Shown: positions 10,901-23,100 of the stretch, in pieces | How positions within the stretch are numbered: the stretch's first letter is position 1 | How the letters are laid out: every line of letters starts with the position of its first letter | Source: Eledone cirrhosa | Lineage: Eukaryota | Length of the DNA stretch: 64,000 nucleotides | Assembly: GCA_964016885.1 (NCBI GenBank) | Contig: OZ024741.1 | Span: 248,496,001 to 248,560,000, forward strand | Reading direction: 5' to 3' | Position numbers and translations under genes: made by a program | Notes under the pieces: model-generated | Told to the model about the DNA's origin: nothing | Seen by the model: only the letters and a program-made list of their open reading frames with translations | Databases searched by the model: none

Positions 10901-13900
10901 GAGATAATTTCCCGCCAGCCAAGGAGAGATAATATTTAAAAAAATCAGGCGGAGATAATTTGTAAAAAAAATCAGGCGGAAATAATTTGTAAAAAAAAAT
11001 CAGGGGGAGATAATTTGTAAAAAAAAATCAGGGGGAGATAATTTGTAAAAAAAATCAAGGGGAGATAATTTCCAGCCGTCCAAGGGGAGATAATTTTCAG
11101 CCGTCCAAGGAGAGGTAAATTCTAGCCGTCCAAGGAGATATAATTTCCAGCCGTCCAAGGGGAGATAATTTCCAGCCGTCCAAGGGGAGATAATTTTTAA
11201 AAAAAAATCAGGCGGAGATAATTTGTAAACAAAAATCAGGGGGAGATAATTTTAAAAAAAAAATCAGGGGGAGATAATTTGTAAAAAAAAATCAGGGGGA
11301 GATAATTTGTAAAAAAAAATCAGGGGGAGATAATTTGTAAAAATAATCAAGGGGAGATAATTTCCAGCCGTCCAAGGGGAGGTAATATCTAGCCATCCAA
11401 GGGGAGATAATTTCCAGCCGTCCAAGGGGAGATAATTTCCAGCCGTCCAAGGGGAGATAATATCCAGCCGTCCAAGGAGACATATTTTCCAGCCGTCCAA
11501 GGAGAGGTAATTTCTAGCCGTCCAAGGGGAGATAAGTTCCAGCCTCCAAGGGGAGATAATTTCCAGCCAGCCAAGGGGAGATAATTTGTAAAAAAATCAG
11601 GGGGGAGATAATTTGTAAAAAAAATCAGGGGGAGATAATTTGAAAAAAAAATCAGGGGGAGATAATTTGTAAAAAATATCAAGGGGAGATAATTTCCAGC
11701 CCTCCAAGGGGCTATAATTTCCAGCCGTGCAAGGGGAGATAATTTCCAGCCGTCCAAGGGGAGATAATTTCCATCCTTCCAAGAGGAGATAATTTCCAGC
11801 CGTCCAAGGGGAGATAATTTCCCGCCAGCCAAGGGAAGATAATTTTTTAAAAAATCAGGCGGAGATTGTAAAAAAAATCAGGGGGAGATAATTTGTAAAA
11901 AAATCAGGGGGAGATAATTTGTAAAAAAAAAATCAGGGGGAGATAATTTGTAAAAAAAAATCAGGGGGAGATAATTTGTAAAAAAAATCAGGGGGAGATA
12001 ATTTGTAAAAAAAATCAGGGGTAGATAATTTGTAAAAAAAATCAGGGGGAGATAATTTGTAAAAAAAATCAGGGGGAGATAATTTGTAAAAAAAATCAGG
12101 GGTAGATAATTTTCAGCCGTCCAAGGGGAGATAATTTCCATCCTTCCAAGGGGAGATAATTTCCAGCCGTCCAAGGGGAGATAATTTCCCGCCAGCCAAG
12201 GAGAGATAACATTTAAAAAAATCAGGCGGAGATAATTTGTAAAAAAATCAGGGGGAGATAATTTGTAAAAAAAATCAGGGGTAGATAATTTTCAGCCGTC
12301 CAAGGGGAGATAATTTCCATCCTTCCAAGGGGAGATAATTTCCAGCCGTCCAAGGGGAGATAATTTCCCGCCAGCCAAGGAGAGATAACATTTAAAAAAA
12401 TCAGGGGGAGATAATTTGTAAAAAAAAATCAGGGGGAGATAATTCGTAAAAAAAATCAGGGGGAGATAATTTGTAAAAAAAAATCAGGGGTAGATAATTT
12501 GTAAAAAAAAATCAGGGGGAGATAATTTGTAAAAAAAAAATCAGGGGGAGATAATTTGTAAAAAAATCAAGGGGAGATAATTTCCAGCCGTCCAAGGGGA
12601 GATAATTTTCAGCCGTCCAAGGAGAGGTAATTTCTAGCCGTCCAAGGGGAGATAATTTCCCGCCAGCCAAGGAGAGATAACATTTAAAAAAATCAGGCGG
12701 AGATAATTTGTAAAAAAAATCAGGGGGAGATAATTTGTAAAAAAATCAGGGGGAGATAATTTGTAAAAAAAATCAGGGGTAGATAATTTCCAGCCGTCCA
12801 AGGGGAGATAATTTCCATCCTTCCAAGGGGAGATAATTTCCAGCCGTCCAAGGGGAGATAATTTCCCGCCAGCCAAGGAGAGATAATATTTAAAAAAATC
12901 AGGCGGAGATAATTTGTAAAAAAAATCAGGCGGAAATAATTTGTAAAAAAAAATCAGGGGGAGATAATTTGTAAAAAAAAATCAGGGGGAGATAATTTGT
13001 AAAAAAAAATCAGGGGGAGATAATTTGTAAAAAAAATCAAGGGGAGATAATTTCCAGCCGTCCAAGGGGAGATAATTTTCAGCCGTCCAAGGAGAGGTAA
13101 ATTCTAGCCGTCCAAGGAGATATAATTTCCAGCCGTCCAAGGGGAGATAATTTCCAGCCGTCCAAGGGGAGATAATTTTTAAAAAAAAATCAGGCGGAGA
13201 TAATTTGTAAACAAAAATCAGGGGGAGATAATTTTTAAAAAAAAATCAGGGGGAGATAATTTGTAAAAAAAAATCAGGGGGAGATAATTTGTAAAAAAAA
13301 ATCAGGGGGAGATAATTTGTAAAAATAATCAAGGGGAGATAATTTCCAGCCGTCCAAGGGGAGGTAATATCTAGCCATCCAAGGGGAGATAATTTCCAGC
13401 CGTCCAAGGGGAGATAATTTCCAGCCGTCCAAGGGGAGATAATATCCAGCCGTCCAAGGAGACATATTTTCCAGCCGTCCAAGGAGAGGTAATTTCTAGC
13501 CGTCCAAGGGGAGATAAGTTCCAGCCTCCAAGGGGAGATAATTTCCAGCCAGCCAAGGGGAGATAATTTGTAAAAAAATCAGGGGGGAGATAATTTGTAA
13601 AAAAAATCAGGGGGAGATAATTTGAAAAAAAAATCAGGGGGAGATAATTTGTAAAAAATATCAAGGGGAGATAATTTCCAGCCCTCCAAGGGGCTATAAT
13701 TTCCAGCCGTGCAAGGGGAGATAATTTCCAGCCGTCCAAGGGGAGATAATTTCCATCCTTCCAAGAGGAGATAATTTCCAGCCGTCCAAGGGGAGATAAT
13801 TTCCCGCCAGCCAAGGGAAGATAATTTTTTAAAAAATCAGGCGGAGATTGTAAAAAAAATCAGGGGGAGATAATTTGTAAAAAAATCAGGGGGAGATAAT

Positions 13901-14179
13901 TTGTAAAAAAAAAATCAGGGGGAGATAATTTGTAAAAAAAAATCAGGGGGAGATAATTTGTAAAAAAAATCAGGGGGAGATAATTTGTAAAAAAAATCAG
14001 GGGTAGATAATTTGTAAAAAAAATCAGGGGGAGATAATTTGTAAAAAAAATCAGGGGGAGATAATTTGTAAAAAAAGTTAGGGGTAGATAATTTTCAGCC
14101 GTCCAAGGGGAGATAATTTCCATCCTTCCAAGGGGAGATAATTTCCAGCCGTCCAAGGGGAGATAATTTCCCGCCAGCC

Positions 14180-17100
14180 AAGGAGAGATAACATTTAAAA
14201 AAATCAGGCGGAGATAATTTGTAAAAAAATCAGGGGGAGATAATTTGTAAAAAAAATCAGGGGTAGATAATTTTCAGCCGTCCAAGGGGAGATAATTTCC
14301 ATCCTTCCAAGGGGAGATAATTTCCAGCCGTCCAAGGGGAGATAATTTCCCGCCAGCCAAGGAGAGATAACATTTAAAAAAATCAGGGGGAGATAATTTG
14401 TAAAAAAAAATCAGGGGGAGATAATTCGTAAAAAAAATCAGGGGGAGATAATTTGTAAAAAAAAATCAGGGGTAGATAATTTGTAAAAAAAAATCAGGGG
14501 GAGATAATTTGTAAAAAAAAATCAGGGGGAGATAATTTGTAAAAAAAAATCAGGGGGAGATAATTTGTAAAAAAATCAAGGGGAGATAATTTCCAGCCGT
14601 CCAAGGGGAGATAATTTTCAGCCGTCCAAGGAGGTAATTTCTAGCCGTCCAAGGGGAGATAATTTCCAGCCGTCCAAGGGGAGATAATTTTTTTTAAAAA
14701 ATCAGGCGGAGATAATTTGTAAACAAAAATCAGGGGGAGATAATTTGTAAAAAAAAATCAGGGGGAGATAATTTGTAAAAAAAATCAAGGGGAGATAATT
14801 TCCAGCCGTCCAAGGGGAGGTAATATCTAGCCATCCAAGGGGAGATAATTTCCAGCCGTCCAAGGGGAGATAATTTCCAGCCGTCCAAGGGGAGATAATA
14901 TCCAGCCGTCCAAGGAGACATATTTTCCAGCCGTCCAAGGAGAGGTAATTTCTAGCCGTCCAAGGGGAGATAAGTTCCAGCCTCCAAGGGGAGAAAATTT
15001 CCAGCCAGCCAAGGGGAGATAATTTGTAAAAAAATCAGGGGGAGATAATTTGTAAAAAAAAAATCAGTGGGAGATAATTTGTAAAAAAATCAGGGGGAGA
15101 TAATTTGTAAAAAAAAAATCAGGGGGAGATAATTTGTAAAAAAAATCAGGGGGAGATAATTTGTAGAAAAAATCAGGGGTAGATAATTTGTAAAAAAAAT
15201 CAGGGGGAGATAATTTGTAAAAAAAATCAGGGGGAGATAATTTGTAAAAAAAATCAGGGGTAGATAATTTTCAGCCGTCCAAGGGGAGATGATTTCCATC
15301 CTTCCAAGGGGAGATAATTTCCAGCCGTCCAAGGGGAGATAATTTCCCGCCAGCCAAGGAGAGATAACATTTAAAAAAATCAGGCGGAGATAATTTGTAA
15401 AAAAAATCAGGGGGAGATAATTTGTAAAAAAATCAGGGGGAGATAATTTGTAAAAAAAATCAGGGGTAGATAATTTCCAGCCGTCCAAGAGGAGATAATT
15501 TCCATCCTTCCAAGGGGAGATAATTTCCAGCCGTCCAAGGGGAGATAATTTCCCGCCAGCCAAGGAGAGATAATATTTAAAAAAATCAGGCGGAGATAAT
15601 TTGTAAAAAAAATCAGGCGGAAATAATTTGTAAAAAAAAATCAGGGGGAGATAATTTGTAAAAAAAAATCAGGGGGAGATAATTTGTAAAAAAAAATCAG
15701 GGGGAGATAATTTGTAAAAAAAATCAAGGGGAGATAATTTCCAGCCGTCCAAGGGGAGATAATTTTCAGCCGTCCAAGGAGAGGTAAATTCTAGCCGTCC
15801 AAGGAGATATAATTTCCAGCCGTCCAAGGGGAGATAATTTCCAGCCGTCCAAGGGGAGATAATTTTTTAAAAAAAATCAGGCGGAGATAATTTGTAAACA
15901 AAAATCAGGGGGAGATAATTTTTTAAAAAAAATCAGGGGGAGATAATTTGTAAAAAAAATCAAGGGGAGATAATTTCCAGCCGTCCAAGGGGAGATAATT
16001 TTCAGCCGTCCAAGGAGAGGTAAATTCTAGCCGTCCAAGGAGATATAATTTCCAGCCGTCCAAGGGGAGATAATTTCCAGCCGTCCAAGGGGAGATAATT
16101 TTTAAAAAAAAATCAGGCGGAGATAATTTGTAAACAAAAATCAGGGGGAGATAATTTTAAAAAAAAAATCAGGGGGAGATAATTTGTAAAAAAAAATCAG
16201 GGGGAGATAATTTGTAAAAAAAAATCAGGGGGAGATAATTTGTAAAAATAATCAAGGGGAGATAATTTCCAGCCGTCCAAGGGGAGGTAATATCTAGCCA
16301 TCCAAGGGGAGATAATTTCCAGCCGTCCAAGGGGAGATAATTTCCAGCCGTCCAAGGGGAGATAATATCCAGCCGTCCAAGGAGACATATTTTCCAGCCG
16401 TCCAAGGAGAGGTAATTTCTAGCCGTCCAAGGGGAGATAAGTTCCAGCCTCCAAGGGGAGATAATTTCCAGCCAGCCAAGGGGAGATAATTTGTAAAAAA
16501 ATCAGGGGGGAGATAATTTGTAAAAAAAATCAGGGGGAGATAATTTGAAAAAAAAATCAGGGGGAGATAATTTGTAAAAAATATCAAGGGGAGATAATTT
16601 CCAGCCCTCCAAGGGGCTATAATTTCCAGCCGTGCAAGGGGAGATAATTTCCAGCCGTCCAAGGGGAGATAATTTCCATCCTTCCAAGAGGAGATAATTT
16701 CCAGCCGTCCAAGGGGAGATAATTTCCCGCCAGCCAAGGGAAGATAATTTTTTAAAAAATCAGGCGGAGATTGTAAAAAAAATCAGGGGGAGATAATTTG
16801 TAAAAAAATCAGGGGGAGATAATTTGTAAAAAAAAAATCAGGGGGAGATAATTTGTAAAAAAAAATCAGGGGGAGATAATTTGTAAAAAAAATCAGGGGG
16901 AGATAATTTGTAAAAAAAATCAGGGGTAGATAATTTGTAAAAAAAATCAGGGGGAGATAATTTGTAAAAAAAATCAGGGGGAGATAATTTGTAAAAAAAA
17001 TCAGGGGTAGATAATTTTCAGCCGTCCAAGGGGAGATAATTTCCATCCTTCCAAGGGGAGATAATTTCCAGCCGTCCAAGGGGAGATAATTTCCCGCCAG

Positions 17101-20100
17101 CCAAGGAGAGATAACATTTAAAAAAATCAGGCGGAGATAATTTGTAAAAAAATCAGGGGGAGATAATTTGTAAAAAAAATCAGGGGTAGATAATTTTCAG
17201 CCGTCCAAGGGGAGATAATTTCCATCCTTCCAAGGGGAGATAATTTCCAGCCGTCCAAGGGGAGATAATTTCCCGCCAGCCAAGGAGAGATAACATTTAA
17301 AAAAATCAGGGGGAGATAATTTGTAAAAAAAAATCAAGGGGAGATAATTCGTAAAAAAAATCAGGGGGAGATAATTTGTAAAAAAAAATCAGGGGTAGAT
17401 AATTTGTAAAAAAAAATCAGGGGGAGATAATTTGTAAAAAAAAAATCAGGGGGAGATAATTTGTAAAAAAATCAAGGGGAGATAATTTCCAGCCGTCCAA
17501 GGGGAGATAATTTTCAGCCGTCCAAGGAGAGGTAATTTCTAGCCGTCCAAGGGGAGATAATTTCCCGCCAGCCAAGGAGAGATAACATTTAAAAAAATCA
17601 GGCGGAGATAATTTGTAAAAAAAATCAGGGGGATATAATTTGTAAAAAAATCAGGGGGAGATAATTTGTAAAAAAAATCAGGGGTAGATAATTTCCAGCC
17701 GTCCAAGGGGAGATAATTTCCATCCTTCCAAGGGGAGATAATTTCCAGCCGTCCAAGGGGAGATAATTTCCCGCCAGCCAAGGAGAGATAATATTTAAAA
17801 AAATCAGGCGGAGATAATTTGTAAAAAAAATCAGGCGGAAATAATTTGTAAAAAAAAATCAGGGGGAGATAATTTGTAAAAAAAAATCAGGGGGAGATAA
17901 TTTGTAAAAAAAAATCAGGGGGAGATAATTTGTAAAAAAAATCAAGGGGAGATAATTTCCAGCCGTCCAAGGGGAGATAATTTTCAGCCGTCCAAGGAGA
18001 GGTAAATTCTAGCCGTCCAAGGAGATATAATTTCCAGCCGTCCAAGGGGAGATAATTTCCAGCCGTCCAAGGGGAGATAATTTTTAAAAAAAAATCAGGC
18101 GGAGATAATTTGTAAACAAAAATCAGGGGGAGATAATTTTTAAAAAAAAATCAGGGGGAGATAATTTGTAAAAAAAAATCAGGGGGAGATAATTTGTAAA
18201 AAAAAATCAGGGGGAGATAATTTGTAAAAATAATCAAGGGGAGATAATTTCCAGCCGTCCAAGGGGAGGTAATATCTAGCCATCCAAGGGGAGATAATTT
18301 CCAGCCGTCCAAGGGGAGATAATTTCCAGCCGTCCAAGGGGAGATAATATCCAGCCGTCCAAGGAGACATATTTTCCAGCCGTCCAAGGAGAGGTAATTT
18401 CTAGCCGTCCAAGGGGAGATAAGTTCCAGCCTCCAAGGGGAGATAATTTCCAGCCAGCCAAGGGGAGATAATTTGTAAAAAAATCAGGGGGGAGATAATT
18501 TGTAAAAAAAATCAGGGGGAGATAATTTGAAAAAAAAATCAGGGGGAGATAATTTGTAAAAAATATCAAGGGGAGATAATTTCCAGCCCTCCAAGGGGCT
18601 ATAATTTCTAGCCGTGCAAGGGGAGATAATTTCCAGCCGTCCAAGGGGAGATAATTTCCATCCTTCCAAGAGGAGATAATTTCCAGCCGTCCAAGGGGAG
18701 ATAATTTCCCGCCAGCCAAGGGAAGATAATTTTTTAAAAAATCAGGCGGAGATTGTAAAAAAAATCAGGGGGAGATAATTTGTAAAAAAATCAGGGGGAG
18801 ATAATTTGTAAAAAAAAAATCAGGGGGAGATAATTTGTAAAAAAAAATCAGGGGGAGATAATTTGTAAAAAAAATCAGGGGGAGATAATTTGTAAAAAAA
18901 ATCAGGGGTAGATAATTTGTAAAAAAAATCAGGGGGAGATAATTTGTAAAAAAAATTAGGGGGAGATAATTTGTAAAAAAAGTTAGGGGTAGATAATTTT
19001 CAGCCGTCCAAGGGGAGATAATTTCCATCCTTCCAAGGGGAGATAATTTCCAGCCGTCCAAGGGGAGATAATTTCCCGCCAGCCAAGGAGAGATAACATT
19101 TAAAAAAATCAGGCGGAGATAATTTGTAAAAAAATCAGGGGGAGATAATTTGTAAAAAAAATCAGGGGTAGATAATTTTCAGCCGTCCAAGGGGAGATAA
19201 TTTCCATCCTTCCAAGGGGAGATAATTTCCAGCCGTCCAAGGGGAGATAATTTTCCGCCAGCCAAGGAGAGATAACATTTAAAAAAATCAGGGGGAGATA
19301 ATTTGTAAAAAAAATCAGGGGGAGATAATTCGTAAAAAAAATCAGGGGGAGATAATTTGTAAAAAAAAATCAGGGGTAGATAATTTGTAAAAAAAAATCA
19401 GGGGGAGATAATTTGTAAAAAAAAATCAGGGGGAGATAATTTGTAAAAAAAAATCAGGGGGAGATAATTTGTAAAAAAATCAAGGGGAGATAATTTCCAG
19501 CCGTCCAAGGGGAGATAATTTTCAGCCGTCCAAGGAGGTAATTTCTAGCCGTCCAAGGGGAGATAATTTCCAGCCGTCCAAGGGGAGATAATTTTTTTTA
19601 AAAAATCAGGCGGAGATAATTTGTAAACAAAAATCAGGGGGAGATAATTTGTAAAAAAAAATCAGGGGGAGATAATTTGTAAAAAAAATCAAGGGGAGAT
19701 AATTTCCAGCCGTCCAAGGGGAGGTAATATCTAGCCATCCAAGGGGAGATAATTTCCAGCCGTCCAAGGGGAGATAATTTCCAGCCGTCCAAGGGGAGAT
19801 AATATCCAGCCGTCCAAGGAGACATATTTTCCAGCCGTCCAAGGAGAGGTAATTTCTAGCCGTCCAAGGGGAGATAAGTTCCAGCCTCCAAGGGGAGAAA
19901 ATTTCCAGCCAGCCAAGGGGAGATAATTTGTAAAAAAAAAATCAGTGGGAGATAATTTGTAAAAAAATCAGGGGGAGATAATTTGTAAAAAAAAAATCAG
20001 GGGGAGATAATTTGTAAAAAAAATCAGGGGGAGATAATTTGTAGAAAAAATCAGGGGTAGATAATTTGTAAAAAAAATCAGGGGGAGATAATTTGTAAAA

Positions 20101-23100
20101 AAAATCAGGGGGAGATAATTTGTAAAAAAAATCAGGGGTAGATAATTTTCAGCCGTCCAAGGGGAGATGATTTCCATCCTTCCAAGGGGAGATAATTTCC
20201 AGCCGTCCAAGGGGAGATAATTTCCCGCCAGCCAAGGAGAGATAACATTTAAAAAAATCAGGCGGAGATAATTTGTAAAAAAAATCAGGGGGAGATAATT
20301 TGTAAAAAAATCAGGGGGAGATAATTTGTAAAAAAAATCAGGGGTAGATAATTTCCAGCCGTCCAAGGGGAGATAATTTCCATCCTTCCAAGGGGAGATA
20401 ATTTCCAGCCGTCCAAGGGGAGATAATTTCCCGCCAGCCAAGGAGAGATAATATTTAAAAAAATCAGGCGGAGATAATTTGTAAAAAAAATCAGGCGGAA
20501 ATAATTTGTAAAAAAAAATCAGGGGGAGATAATTTGTAAAAAAAAATCAGGGGGAGATAATTTGTAAAAAAAAATCAGGGGGAGATAATTTGTAAAAAAA
20601 ATCAAGGGGAGATAATTTCCAGCCGTCCAAGGGGAGATAATTTTCAGCCGTCCAAGGAGAGGTAAATTCTAGCCGTCCAAGGAGATATAATTTCCAGCCG
20701 TCCAAGGGGAGATAATTTCCAGCCGTCCAAGGGGAGATAATTTTTTAAAAAAAATCAGGCGGAGATAATTTGTAAACAAAAATCAGGGGGAGATAATTTT
20801 TAAAAAAAAATCAGGGGGAGATAATTTGTAAAAAAAAATCAGGGGGAGATAATTTGTAAAAAAAAATCAGGGGGAGATAATTTGTAAAAATAATCAAGGG
20901 GAGATAATTTCCAGCCGTCCAAGGGGAGGTAATATCTAGCCATCCAAGGGGAGATAATTTCCAGCCGTCCAAGGGGAGATAATTTCCAGCAGTCCAAGGG
21001 GAGATAATATCCAGCCGTCCAAGGAGTCATATTTTCCAGCCGTCCAAGGAGAGGTAATTTCTAGCCGTCCAAGGGGAGATAAGTTCCAGCCTCCAAGGGG
21101 AGATAATTTCCAGCCAGCCAAGGGGAGATAATTTGTAAAAAAATCAGGGGGGAGATAATTTGTAAAAAAAATCAGGGGGAGATAATTTGAAAAAAAAATC
21201 AGGGGGAGATAATTTGTAAAAAATATCAAGGGGAGATAATTTCCAGCCCTCCAAGGGGCTATAATTTCCAGCCGTGCAAGGGGAGATAATTTCCAGCCGT
21301 CGAAGGGGAGATAATTTCCATCCTTCCAAGAGGAGATAATTTCCAGCCGTCCAAGGGGAGATAATTTCCCGCCAGCCAAGGGAAGATAATTTTTTAAAAA
21401 ATCAGGCGGAGATTGTAAAAAAAATCAGGGGGAGATAATTTGTAAAAAAATCAGGGGGAGATAATTTGTAAAAAAAAAATCAGGGGGAGATAATTTGTAA
21501 AAAAAAATCAGGGGGAGATAATTTGTAAAAAAAATCAGGGGGAGATAATTTGTAAAAAAAATCAGGGGTAGATAATTTGTAAAAAAAATCAGGGGGAGAT
21601 AATTTGTAAAAAAAATCAGGGGGAGATAATTTGTAAAAAAAATCAGGGGTAGATAATTTTCAGCCGTCCAAGGGGAGATAATTTCCATCCTTCCAAGGGG
21701 AGATAATTTCCAGCTGTCCAAGGGGAGATAATTTCCCGCCAGCCAAGGAGAGATAACATTTAAAAAAATCAGGCGGAGATAATTTGTAAAAAAATCAGGG
21801 GGAGATAATTTGTAAAAAAAATCAGGGGTAGATAATTTTCAGCCGTCCAAGGGGAGATAATTTCCATCCTTCCAAGGGGAGATAATTTCCAGCCGTCCAA
21901 GGGGAGATAATTTCCCGCCAGCCAAGGAGAGATAACATTTAAAAAAATCAGGGGGAGATAATTTGTAAAAAAAAATCAGGGGGAGATAATTCGTAAAAAA
22001 AATCAGGGGGAGATAATTTGTAAAAAAAAATCAGGGGTAGATAATTTGTAAAAAAAAATCAGGGGGAGATAATTTGTAAAAAAAAAATCAGGGGGAGATA
22101 ATTTGTAAAAAAATCAAAGGGAGATAATTTCCAGCCGTCCAAGGGGAGATAATTTTCAGCCGTCCAAGGAGAGGTAATTTCTAGCCGTCCAAGGGGAGAT
22201 AATTTCCAGCCGTCCAAGGGGAGATAATTTTTTTAAAAAAATCAGGCGGAGATAATTTGTAAACAAAAATCAGGGGGAGATAATTTGTAAAAAAAAATCA
22301 GGGGGAGATAATTTGTAAAAAAAAATCAGGGGGAGATAATTTGTAAAAAAAATCAAGGGGAGATAATTTGTAAAAAAAAATCAGGGGTAGATAATTTGTA
22401 AAAAAAAATCAGGGGGAGATAATTTGTAAAAAAAAATCAGGGGGAGATAATTTGTAAAAAAATCAAGGGGAGATAATTTCCAGCCGTCCAAGGGGAGATA
22501 ATTTTCAGCCGTCCAAGGACAGGTAATTTCTAGCCGTCCAAGGGGAGATAATTTCCAGCCAGCCAAGGGGAGATAATTTGTAAAAAAATCAGGGGTAGAT
22601 AATTTGTAAAAAAAAATCAGGGGGAGATAATTTGTAAAAAAAATCAGGGGGAGATAATTTGTAAAAAAAATCAGGGGTAGATAATTTCCAGCCGTCCAAG
22701 GGGAAATAATTTCCATCCTTCCAAGGGGAGATAATTTCCAGCCGTCCAAGGGGAGATAATTTCCCGCCAGCCAAGGAGAGATAACATTTAAAAAAATCAG
22801 GCGGAGATAATTTGTAAAAAAAATCAGGGGGAGATAATTTGTAAAAAAATCAGGGGGAGATAATTTGTAAAAAAAATCAGGGGTAGATAATTTCCAGCCG
22901 TCCAAGGGGAGATAATTTCCATCCTTCCAAGGGGAGATAATTTCCAGCCGTCCAAGGGGAGATAATTTCCCGCCAGCCAAGGAGAGATAACATTTAAAAA
23001 AATCAGGCGGAGATAATTTGTAAAAAAATCAGGGGGAGATAATTTGTAAAAAAAATCAGGGGTAGATAATTTTCAGCCGTCCAAGGGGAGATAATTTCCA

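Larger units (their letters stand above)
1..22780 (+). repeat. Higher-order tandem duplication, period 11,878 bp (11,852 after a one-monomer loss near 19930); contains a 4,905-bp sub-period (2,923 + 1,982)
   Basis: ORF offsets 756->12634, 1368->13246, 6606->18484, 10737->22589. Rare variants shared at the offset: CCAAGAGGAG 3607/15485 and TTCTAGCCGTGC ~6728/18606. Confidence 0.92.
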
